IMG/VR virus record: IMGVR_UViG_3300030330_003913
Source: a virus
Taxonomy: Duplodnaviria > Caudoviricetes
Reading direction: 5' to 3' (one strand)
Length of the DNA: 64,000 nt
Positions 47,664-56,460 of this stretch are shown here, one piece after another (position 1 is the first letter of the stretch; each line of letters begins with the position of its first letter). The position numbers were made by a program, and so were the translations under genes. The notes under the pieces are model-generated. The model was not told the origin of the DNA, ran no database searches, and saw nothing but the letters and a program-made list of their open reading frames with translations.

Positions 47664-48583
47664 TTTATTTTTCCTATTATTTCTATGAACATTGCCATAA
47701 TGTTTATCTCTTTATCCACAACTACTGCATCACTCTGTTGATATTGTGATAGAATCAATATACATTCTGCCACATGTCCTCTACCCCAATCATCTACGGT
47801 ATCAAATAATAATCTGAATAAATCAGAGAAATCTGTTACCTTTGAATCTGCAAGTACTTGTCTTATGTTTTTAAACGAATTCTTTTTATCTTGTGTCTTG
47901 AGTATTTCTAACACTTTAACTTTGTAATCATTCTGAATACTCATTCCCTCATCAATAACCAATTCACCATTGACAACTTGTCTCTGTGCACCATTGATTA
48001 CTCTTCTCAAATCAGGAAACCCACTATTAACTATTGTTACTATATCTTCAATATCTGACTTGATTCCTTCTTTTGTTAAGATAGTATTTAGATGAACTGC
48101 AACTTGTTTTCTATCTGGTGGAACTATTTGAAATGATTGACACCTTGATTGTATTGGGTCTATGATTCTCTCAACATAATTACAAGTTAAAATAAACCTA
48201 CAATGTTTTGAAAATGTTTCCATAAGATTACGAAGTGCGGCCTGTGATGCAGGTGTAATGTAATCTGCCTCATCAAGTATTACAACTTTCATATTGGAAA
48301 ACCCAATAGTAGATGCAAAGTTCTTTACTTTGTCTCTGACCATTTCAAGTTTCCTTTCATCAGATGCATTGATATATAGATAATCACATTCTATATTATT
48401 AACGAGTAGTTTTGCGAGAGTGGTTTTACCTGTACCAGCCCTACCAAACAATAGAAGGTGTGGTAAATCTCCACTCTCAAGATACAACTTGACTTTACTC
48501 TTTAGGTGTTCATTACCTATATATGTGTCAAGCGATGTAGGTCGGTACTTTTCTACCCATAGGGAATTTTTTATTTCATCCAT
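47660..48583 (-). CDS. Clamp-loader ATPase subunit (T4 gp44/RFC small-like)
   Basis: WVEKYRP, GRAGTGKT, NASDER, DEAD, SRC. Confidence 0.95.
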   Translation of the reverse strand: MDEIKNSLWVEKYRPTSLDTYIGNEHLKSKVKLYLESGDLPHLLLFGRAGTGKTTLAKLLVNNIECDYLYINASDERKLEMVRDKVKNFASTIGFSNMKVVILDEADYITPASQAALRNLMETFSKHCRFILTCNYVERIIDPIQSRCQSFQIVPPDRKQVAVHLNTILTKEGIKSDIEDIVTIVNSGFPDLRRVINGAQRQVVNGELVIDEGMSIQNDYKVKVLEILKTQDKKNSFKNIRQVLADSKVTDFSDLFRLLFDTVDDWGRGHVAECILILSQYQQSDAVVVDKEINIMAMFIEIIGKIK

Positions 48584-49803
48584 TATAACTTTCTCCAAAT
48601 CCAAATTGGTTCACAAAATCTTTTATCTTTAGTCTCTTCTGCCTTTTGTATTGTTGAGTCTTGAAACCTCTCATCAGATGCTCGTGCCATTCCTGCACCA
48701 CCACTATTTGGTCTCTTTGCCATCTCCATACCAATACAACCTTGATATTCTGAATCACTAAAGGTACTTATAAAATCATTCATAGGATTACAAATCTCTA
48801 CCATGTTTCTTTCACCTGCAGTTCGTGCAAATACATCTGCAATGTTCACTAATAAATATCCACCACTCTTGATAGAAGGCCATATTTTTTTTATTGATTT
48901 CTGTAGAAAGTTTTTATTCCAACTATCAATGTCTTTATACCTAACCCAACTTTGTGTATCATCATAACTATATCTTTCAACACTAAAGTAAGGTGGTGAT
49001 GTGAATACGGTATCATACATATTTTCTTTGTACTCAAAATCCTCTGCAGGTGATTCTATCATTAGACTTCTCTTATTAACTTCAAACATAGTTCGGTGTT
49101 TTTCATAGAACCATTTTTGTTCTTCATAGATTGGATGATTTTCTTTTCGTGGGTCTATCCCAAGATAAAACTCACCTGTCTCACTCGCATAGAATCCTGC
49201 AAGTCTATCACCCCAACCTGCACTAAAGTCTAAGATACTCTTACTCTCTAACTTATCGTATAATACCTTGGCAATATTTGGTTTGAATTGAGAACAAATA
49301 TACTTTCTCAATCCAATCATTACACGAAATGCACTCTTATCAATCTTAGGTAACTTCAGAGAGTATGCAGACCCAATCAAGGTAGTCATAAACTTATGAC
49401 TTTCCCATGTTCTATGTGGGCCTGGTGCAATAGTTCCATCAACACTCCAACGATTCTTTTGTTGGAAGTAATTACTTGCATCGTTACCTGTATTGTTTCT
49501 TTTGAAGTATTGTTGTTTACCCTCAAAAGTTAAATCATATCTATATTCTGTACCCTCACGAGCAAACCATTCTCCTTCAACTAAAATTTCATTATGTCTC
49601 ATTCCTTTTAGTTTCTGAAGTTGTTTTAATGCATCCTTCTCGGTGATGTCCATGTATGGTGGTGGGTAAGACATCGCAACCTTTGCAAGACTTTCTCTTA
49701 CATCTTGTTTATCAAAGGTTTTTTTGATGTAGTCCCACTCTTCCTCATCTATGAAGAGATAAGGTTCCATATCATAGAATTTGTCAAAGTACGATAGATA
49801 CAT
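48583..49803 (-). CDS. DNA amino-methyltransferase (m4C/m6A)
   Basis: LDFSAGWGDR motif I; FTSPPY motif IV. Confidence 0.8.
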   Translation of the reverse strand: MYLSYFDKFYDMEPYLFIDEEEWDYIKKTFDKQDVRESLAKVAMSYPPPYMDITEKDALKQLQKLKGMRHNEILVEGEWFAREGTEYRYDLTFEGKQQYFKRNNTGNDASNYFQQKNRWSVDGTIAPGPHRTWESHKFMTTLIGSAYSLKLPKIDKSAFRVMIGLRKYICSQFKPNIAKVLYDKLESKSILDFSAGWGDRLAGFYASETGEFYLGIDPRKENHPIYEEQKWFYEKHRTMFEVNKRSLMIESPAEDFEYKENMYDTVFTSPPYFSVERYSYDDTQSWVRYKDIDSWNKNFLQKSIKKIWPSIKSGGYLLVNIADVFARTAGERNMVEICNPMNDFISTFSDSEYQGCIGMEMAKRPNSGGAGMARASDERFQDSTIQKAEETKDKRFCEPIWIWRKL

Positions 49804-50534
49804 TATGTATTAGTTTGTGTTGATACTAAATAATACTCGGACTCATAGTCATCTATTGAGAAGTTAATCTTAGATATTCCCGCAGATGATACTTTCATAG
49901 TTGCATTTTGACACTCTTTATTAGCACTTAATATGTTTGAGAACATTTCAGCACTGAATGAAATAGGTTCAATGTCTGAATAGTTATCTACACTAACAGG
50001 TATTGTAACTCTATTTGATGCAATGTTTGAGAATCCAATCACGATATTTACTTTATCATTGTCTGCAATGATTGTAAATGTTTCAGTTTCAGGTAGTGCA
50101 CCTTTACCATTAATAAATGTACTGATGAAATATGAATCTAATTTTAATTCTAATTCAAATTCACTTGGTAAGTTTTTCAATGGTGGTGGTGTTGGTATAA
50201 CACTTAAGTCACTCAACATGTATTTTGATGTTGTTCCATAACTTGAGTCTTTCATCTGTAATGATACAAATTTTCCACCCATATTATCTATAGTAAAATC
50301 TACATCGTTACCAACTACTGAAAGTAGTGATAATAATTGTGAAGTGTTATACACTCCAATTTCACTTGGGTCAAATGCATCAAACTTTTCCATTTTAACA
50401 CTACCAACAAGTGACTTATCACCTGATATGAATCGTGTTAATAGTGATTTACCATCTGATTCAATCTTAGTAGACTTGATTTCTCCACCAAGATGATACT
50501 TGTTAATAAATCCAACTAATTTACTTTTATCCAT
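49803..50534 (-). CDS. Sliding clamp (T4 gp45-like)
   Basis: Size, EIGVYN..QLL, C-terminal SEYYLV; position between PolB and clamp loader. Confidence 0.7.
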   Translation of the reverse strand: MDKSKLVGFINKYHLGGEIKSTKIESDGKSLLTRFISGDKSLVGSVKMEKFDAFDPSEIGVYNTSQLLSLLSVVGNDVDFTIDNMGGKFVSLQMKDSSYGTTSKYMLSDLSVIPTPPPLKNLPSEFELELKLDSYFISTFINGKGALPETETFTIIADNDKVNIVIGFSNIASNRVTIPVSVDNYSDIEPISFSAEMFSNILSANKECQNATMKVSSAGISKINFSIDDYESEYYLVSTQTNT

Positions 50535-50593
50535 TTGTCATTCTCCTATTGTTAATAATCTCTATATATACATATATACGAAGACCTTCAAAA

Positions 50594-51034
50594 TCAAAAA
50601 TATTTTTCAATTTTTACTGGTTCTCCGAACATTTCTTTTAAAAATTCTTGAAATTTGTCTTCAGGATAATTAGACCTACCAAGATTCATAAATCTTGTAG
50701 TAATAACAAAATTACCCTTTACATAACCACCCTTTGGGTCAGGCCATCTATCAACTGATGGTGCCTTAATTGAATGTGGTACAAATATTTCATTTAAATC
50801 AATCCTATAATGTGGCATCCAATAGTCACAACCATTTTGTTTATTGAATTGTTCTTCTAAATCATCTCTTGTTATACCAACTTCAAGTTGTTTTTTGTAT
50901 CTGTAGATTCTACCCTCTTTACTTACTGCCAACTCTCTCTTCAGTTTTGAATTTAAATTACCTCTTGTACTACCTTGATTCTGTGATGACATGTTTACAT
51001 TTGACATCATCTTTTTAAATGGGTCTCGTGCCAT
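50594..51034 (-). CDS. His-Me/HNH-like endonuclease
   Basis: PSVDR..P.GGYVKGN......N..R. Confidence 0.6.
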   Translation of the reverse strand: MARDPFKKMMSNVNMSSQNQGSTRGNLNSKLKRELAVSKEGRIYRYKKQLEVGITRDDLEEQFNKQNGCDYWMPHYRIDLNEIFVPHSIKAPSVDRWPDPKGGYVKGNFVITTRFMNLGRSNYPEDKFQEFLKEMFGEPVKIEKYF

Positions 51035-53541
51035 TAGAAAAACCTCTCTATACTTTTTGTTTTATCTACTACATTGTCCCATGACATTGCCTTGTAGAAC
51101 ATACCAATTTTCTTTGTCATTGCCTGTTCAAACATTCTGTCATGGTCAATGTGAGTCTTAATTAATTCTAAAATCTGTGGTGGGTCTTCATAACCTTTAT
51201 ATGCAATCGTATCAAATCCAAACTCATTGTTCTTTAGATACACCCATTTAATCTTACTACCATTTATAATCTTTTCGTATTTCCTACCCTCATACCAATA
51301 TTCTAATAATGAGTTATAATTGATTGATGCCTTAACATGAACAGGTGTTCCTTTTTTATATGTACTGAATGGTGAGTCTTCTTCTTTCACTTCATACTTA
51401 CCAATACCTTTTACACCAATTGGATTTGCCATAACATCATAATGTAAGTTAACCATGTTTCTTTTAAACAATGATATCCTCTCATCAATCTTTTCCTTTG
51501 GAACATCTGCCAAGATATCATCCAATACATTACCCAATAATTCCTTCATCGCAACTGCAAAGTTACTACGAACCGTATCCAATCCTTTAACATGAATCTT
51601 ATTTACCTTACGACCTGCATCATTGATAATTCTTAATCCATATCGTTTCTTCGTAATGAACAACCCACTCTTTGCAACCACCTCTTGTTTAATATCAAAC
51701 ACATGTTTTTCTTTCTCTACATTACAGAACTTCTTACCAAAGAAATTATAACTTTCATTTAGATAATCTTGTACCTCACTACAAATCTCCATAATCCTTT
51801 GAGTCATCATTGTATCACTTAGTTTTTGATTTGGAAATCTCTTCTCAACCAATGGAATAGCAGAGGCAAAAATAGAATCAGTATCTATGTATATCACATA
51901 ATCATCATCAGTACCGAGCTCTTTATTATAAAAATGATTCGTTATCTTCTTACTGAACTTAATTAAGGCTTGACCAGTTAGAGTTGTCGCCTCTGCATTA
52001 TCCAAATCGTAAAATCTAAATACTGATAGACCCAATACACCATACATGGAATTCAAAATAATCTTTTGTATGTATTGTCTTCTATCAAAGTAATCTTCTA
52101 ATTCTTTATTACCTTCATCATGATACTTCTTCACAAGTTTTCTCATCTCAACTCTTTCGTTGAACCACTTAGTTAGAAGTGCAGGAATCAATCCTTGTTT
52201 ATCTGTACGATATAAAACACCATTAGATGCAATACTAATCTCATTGGTTAATAGATAGTTTTCTAATTCACCATTTGTAAACTTACCAATTTCTTTTTCT
52301 TTCTTATCTATCATGGTATATGTTTTTACCAAGTCCTTTTTTAAGAACTCCTCTGCATCCCAACCCTCAACCTTACCTAACTTAGTCTCAGGTGATATGT
52401 TTAATGAACGAATCACACTTGGATACATACTTGTGATATCCAAGTCATAAACCCAATCATGTTTACCTGCCTGTGGTCTCTGTACATATGCACCTGCAAA
52501 CTTATCATCTTCAAATGTTTTTGGTCTTGGTGGTTTGTTGGGGGCAACAATACCAAGTTTTTTCAGATAAACTAATATTGCACCCTCAAGATATCTTGAA
52601 CTCATAAACACTTCTTCATAAGGTATGTGTCCAAGGTGTGCAATACCTCGTGATATCTCAATCAAATTTAATTTCTTATCCAACTCAACTAATATTTTTA
52701 CATCTCGGATGTTGTAATCAATGAATGTCTGTAAGTCATTTTCATACAAGTCATTAAGTGTTCCCTCGTAATCAACCTTTTTCATACCGACTTCTACTTC
52801 ACCAATGTAATCTAATCTATAACTTGATTGTTGAGAGAATGAAAACTTTCTATATAAAGATAGATAGTCTAAACAACTAACTCCTGCAATAACATATCTC
52901 TTTTTAAATTCATTGTAATATACTTCCGAGATAGGTGATAACAAGTTTGCCACACTAACACCCAATACATTTACTGCCCTATTATATAGATAAGGAATAT
53001 CAAAGAAGTCTGAGTTCCAACCACTTAATATTGTTGGTTTGATTTCTAAATACTTTTGGAAAAACTTGTTTAACATTTCATACTCGGTATCATATACCTC
53101 TACAACTTTATTATCTTTTGTATATGATTGAAGTCTTTTCTTTGCATCAAACACATATGTAAAATATGTTTCTGTCATGAAATCATATAGTGCAATAGAA
53201 GTGATTACATTATTTGCCTTCATCACATCAGGAAAACCATCTGTAACCTCTACCTCAATATCAAAGAATACTTTTCTATGTCCATCTGAAACTTCATCTG
53301 AGTCTGTATATTGGTCAACTAAAAATCTTGTTGTTGGTGGGACATCTGATTCATGTAGTGTTGGGTCATCTTTATCATAATTAAATACTTTCTTTACTCT
53401 ATCACCATATAGTGAAACATGTTGACCATTTGTATTTTTTACATAGGCATACTTTTTATATGGAATAATCAAGTATCCCTTTTTGTCATCCCAAAGATGC
53501 ATTTTTTGTTTTCTTACATCAAAGTATATGTTCTGATACAT
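51034..53541 (-). CDS. Family B DNA polymerase (gp43-like)
   Basis: DIEV, FDIPY, DITSMYPS, K...NSMYG, YIDTDS, KKRY. Confidence 0.97.
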   Translation of the reverse strand: MYQNIYFDVRKQKMHLWDDKKGYLIIPYKKYAYVKNTNGQHVSLYGDRVKKVFNYDKDDPTLHESDVPPTTRFLVDQYTDSDEVSDGHRKVFFDIEVEVTDGFPDVMKANNVITSIALYDFMTETYFTYVFDAKKRLQSYTKDNKVVEVYDTEYEMLNKFFQKYLEIKPTILSGWNSDFFDIPYLYNRAVNVLGVSVANLLSPISEVYYNEFKKRYVIAGVSCLDYLSLYRKFSFSQQSSYRLDYIGEVEVGMKKVDYEGTLNDLYENDLQTFIDYNIRDVKILVELDKKLNLIEISRGIAHLGHIPYEEVFMSSRYLEGAILVYLKKLGIVAPNKPPRPKTFEDDKFAGAYVQRPQAGKHDWVYDLDITSMYPSVIRSLNISPETKLGKVEGWDAEEFLKKDLVKTYTMIDKKEKEIGKFTNGELENYLLTNEISIASNGVLYRTDKQGLIPALLTKWFNERVEMRKLVKKYHDEGNKELEDYFDRRQYIQKIILNSMYGVLGLSVFRFYDLDNAEATTLTGQALIKFSKKITNHFYNKELGTDDDYVIYIDTDSIFASAIPLVEKRFPNQKLSDTMMTQRIMEICSEVQDYLNESYNFFGKKFCNVEKEKHVFDIKQEVVAKSGLFITKKRYGLRIINDAGRKVNKIHVKGLDTVRSNFAVAMKELLGNVLDDILADVPKEKIDERISLFKRNMVNLHYDVMANPIGVKGIGKYEVKEEDSPFSTYKKGTPVHVKASINYNSLLEYWYEGRKYEKIINGSKIKWVYLKNNEFGFDTIAYKGYEDPPQILELIKTHIDHDRMFEQAMTKKIGMFYKAMSWDNVVDKTKSIERFF

Positions 53542-53573
53542 TTAGGTTGTAATATCCCTCATTGTTATAACTA

Positions 53574-53605
53574 AATTTAATAATAAAACCATATAAAAGT
53601 CAAGC
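53574..53605 (-). promoter_or_regulatory. Sigma70-type promoter of polB
   Basis: GCTTGACT-N18-TAAATT. Confidence 0.7.
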
Positions 53606-53616
53606 TTTTTTTTTAA

Positions 53617-53645
53617 TAAAATGGGTGGTATATTTCAACCACCCA
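53617..53645 (-). terminator. Intrinsic terminator after TonB-dependent receptor gene
   Basis: TGGGTGGT-N8-ACCACCCA followed by U-run. Confidence 0.8.
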
Positions 53646-53653
53646 AATTACAA

Positions 53654-56389
53654 TTAGAAATTAATAGACACTCCAATGTTTGCGTATCTTGGTGTTCCCA
53701 AGAATACTTCTGCATTGTGTGGTAAGTGTTCCTTAGAACCAAACCCATTGTATCTACTATTATCTACAGCATCTTGTACAAATACTTCATCAAGTGCGTT
53801 GAATACATGAGCAGTTAAAGAAATGTCATGTCCCTTGATAGGAAGTTTATATGATGCATGTAAGTCAAGTTTTGAGTAACCTGGGGCTTCCCAAACTTGA
53901 GCTCTATCTGCTTCTCCATCCTCAATCTCTCTTGCGGCTGGACTCCAATCAGAATAGTTTTTATCATATGTTTTGTATAATGCCTGTAGTCTTAATCCTT
54001 TAACTGGTTTAAGTGTAACACCTAAAATATAGGCGGTTTGTGGCATGTCACCAACATATAAACCATCAAGTGCATATGAATATTCGGTTGATGTTTGACC
54101 AATTACTTGACCTTCATCATTATATTCCATTTCTTGGTAAGTACCATTGGCATCACCATCAAATTTCCAATTACCGAATGACGCGATTAAATCAAGTTCA
54201 ACCAACTCATTTGGTTTTACTTTAGTTTCAATCTCTAAACCTTGATGTTTTTGATTAACACCTTTTAGGAAGATAATATCAGTATCACCTGATGAACCTT
54301 GACCTGTCTCTACTGATTTAGTCAAGTTTCTATCTAACCAATCGGTATTGTATGCACTAACTCTAACTCCAAGTTTGTTAGTACCGAAGTTTGCACCAAT
54401 CTCATTATGTAAGAATTTCTCATTGTCTGGGTCTGATGCTACGGTTCCATCGTAGTAGATAACATTATCTAATATAGGAGCCTTTTGGACATATCCTGTA
54501 TTTAGGAATACTCCAAGATTCTCGTTTACATTATATAATGCACCACCTTTAACTTGGTATGTTGAGATTGGGTCTGCTTTAATTACAGCATCCTCAATAG
54601 TGAAATGGTCTTGGTAAGAATACTCAATAGAAGAAACACCACCCATACCATATAGGTTTAGTTTTTCTGTTGTGTAGTTACCTTGTACGAATCCACCAAT
54701 CCAATCTACGGTTGTTTCATTGAAGTATGCAATCTCGTCACCGAGTCTTACGACTTTACCTTCTTCAAAGTTGTCGTCTGCATAATCAACATAGTAATCA
54801 CCACCTAATAAATCACGAACTTCACGAGCGTGTTCTATACGAGCAGTTCTCCAATCCAATCCAACTTGTAGTTCTAATGCATCACTAACTTCATAGTTTA
54901 ATTTACTAATCAAACCATATGTGTTTTGACGATTTATAGAATTACGAAGAATTCCTGTTGAACGATTTTCTGTTGTTGAGAAGTTCTCATCAATGTTATC
55001 AGAATTTTGAGCAATCTCTGCATTCCAATCCCATTGCCAAGGTGAAGATGCATACCATCTTTCTCCCTCAACTGCAGGTTTTCTACTTACACTACCATAA
55101 GTTCCTGTACCACCACCTGAACCACCACTCCAATATAAAACAGAACTTAATCTTGTTTTATCATTGATGGTTAAGAAGTGATTTAAATTCACTAATGGTT
55201 TGTGGAAGAAGTTTTCTCTTTCGTTCAAGAAGTTCTTGTTGAATCTACTTGTAGTGTTCGCTCCATACATATACCAATATTGTTTACCTGTATATGATGG
55301 GTCAATAGGTGCGACATTTTGATTGAAAAATCTACCAGCTTCAGTTTCAAACTTCTCACCCTCTGAAAATGCAGTAGTATCATATCCATCAATACTACCT
55401 GCCAACTCTTGAGAGTAAGTTGCGATATTCTGTTTGTATAGATTTTGTCCATGTCGTTGTGGAGCACCGATGGCATACAATTCAAATCGTTGGTCTTCAC
55501 TTACTGCATAACTACCACCAAAGTAGTATGCCCAAGCATCAGTCCATGTACCATCTATAATTCCATCACCAGTTTTACGAACAATAGTTCCACTTAAAGC
55601 CAACTTGTCATTTAATAATAGACCAGTATTGTAGTTGAAAGTAGTTTTAAGAAAACCACCATCTCCAGCTTCTTGTTTGAACTTCCCACCTTTTTCAAAA
55701 GATGTAGGGTCGGTTATGATGTTCATAGTTCCACCAATAGAAGGTGTCGCTAAATTAACAGCAGATAGACCTCTTTGAACCTGAATTGAAGATGTAGCAT
55801 CACCTACTCCATCCCAATTAGACCAATAAACCCATCCATTCTCCATGTCATTTTGGGGAACACCATTAATCATCACTGCAACATTTCTTTGATTAAAACC
55901 ACGAATGTTGATACGAGCATCACCCGCACCACCACCTTGTTGTGTTGCATATACTGATGGTGTTGTGTTAAGAATCATTGGAATGTCTTGTGAACCAAGT
56001 CTTACTTCCATTTCTTCTTTACTAACATTAGTATAAGCCACAGGTGTTGTTTCAGATGCACGAGATGCTAACACCTCAACATCTGATAAGGAAACCACAT
56101 CAAAATCCAATACGAAGTTTAATGTAGCGATACCCTCAACAACTACTGATTTAGTTATTGAAGAGTAACCAATGAAAGAAGCCACTACATCATAGGTTCC
56201 ATTAGAAACATCAATAGAAAAAGCACCATCTTTATCTGATACTCCACCTAAATCTGTTCCAAGAACTACAACATTAGCTCCCTCAAGTGGTTTTGAGTCA
56301 ACATCAACAATAGTTCCAACAATAGATTGTGCGAACAATCCTGTCATCAATACCATTGATGCTAATAGATTACGATATTTCATAATCAT
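53654..56389 (-). CDS. TonB-dependent outer membrane receptor with N-terminal carboxypeptidase-regulatory-like domain
   Basis: Signal peptide; PLEGANV..G/SFIGY; plug IRGF...INGVP, GGTMNIIT; terminal F. Confidence 0.93.
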   Translation of the reverse strand: MIMKYRNLLASMVLMTGLFAQSIVGTIVDVDSKPLEGANVVVLGTDLGGVSDKDGAFSIDVSNGTYDVVASFIGYSSITKSVVVEGIATLNFVLDFDVVSLSDVEVLASRASETTPVAYTNVSKEEMEVRLGSQDIPMILNTTPSVYATQQGGGAGDARINIRGFNQRNVAVMINGVPQNDMENGWVYWSNWDGVGDATSSIQVQRGLSAVNLATPSIGGTMNIITDPTSFEKGGKFKQEAGDGGFLKTTFNYNTGLLLNDKLALSGTIVRKTGDGIIDGTWTDAWAYYFGGSYAVSEDQRFELYAIGAPQRHGQNLYKQNIATYSQELAGSIDGYDTTAFSEGEKFETEAGRFFNQNVAPIDPSYTGKQYWYMYGANTTSRFNKNFLNERENFFHKPLVNLNHFLTINDKTRLSSVLYWSGGSGGGTGTYGSVSRKPAVEGERWYASSPWQWDWNAEIAQNSDNIDENFSTTENRSTGILRNSINRQNTYGLISKLNYEVSDALELQVGLDWRTARIEHAREVRDLLGGDYYVDYADDNFEEGKVVRLGDEIAYFNETTVDWIGGFVQGNYTTEKLNLYGMGGVSSIEYSYQDHFTIEDAVIKADPISTYQVKGGALYNVNENLGVFLNTGYVQKAPILDNVIYYDGTVASDPDNEKFLHNEIGANFGTNKLGVRVSAYNTDWLDRNLTKSVETGQGSSGDTDIIFLKGVNQKHQGLEIETKVKPNELVELDLIASFGNWKFDGDANGTYQEMEYNDEGQVIGQTSTEYSYALDGLYVGDMPQTAYILGVTLKPVKGLRLQALYKTYDKNYSDWSPAAREIEDGEADRAQVWEAPGYSKLDLHASYKLPIKGHDISLTAHVFNALDEVFVQDAVDNSRYNGFGSKEHLPHNAEVFLGTPRYANIGVSINF

Positions 56390-56412
56390 CTCCTTGTTTG
56401 TTTACTTGTGAA

Positions 56413-56448
56413 CAGCACATTTTTATTCTGGTGTGCTTTCTGCCAGGG
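56413..56448 (-). ncRNA. Candidate H-type pseudoknot in the receptor leader
   Basis: CUGG-CAGAA-AGCACA-CCAG-AAUAAAAA-UGUGCU. Confidence 0.5.
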
Positions 56449-56460
56449 TATGTGAAATTT

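Noticed and set aside
19761-56389. Bacterial chromosome or host contamination explaining pilins, GTs and the receptor
   Set aside because: Same strand, same promoter family and apparently the same GATC avoidance, interleaved with T4-like replication genes; read-level confirmation is still advisable.
56390-56460. Cobalamin or TPP riboswitch
   Set aside because: The spacer is only 71 nt, with no B12-box or CUGAGA core.
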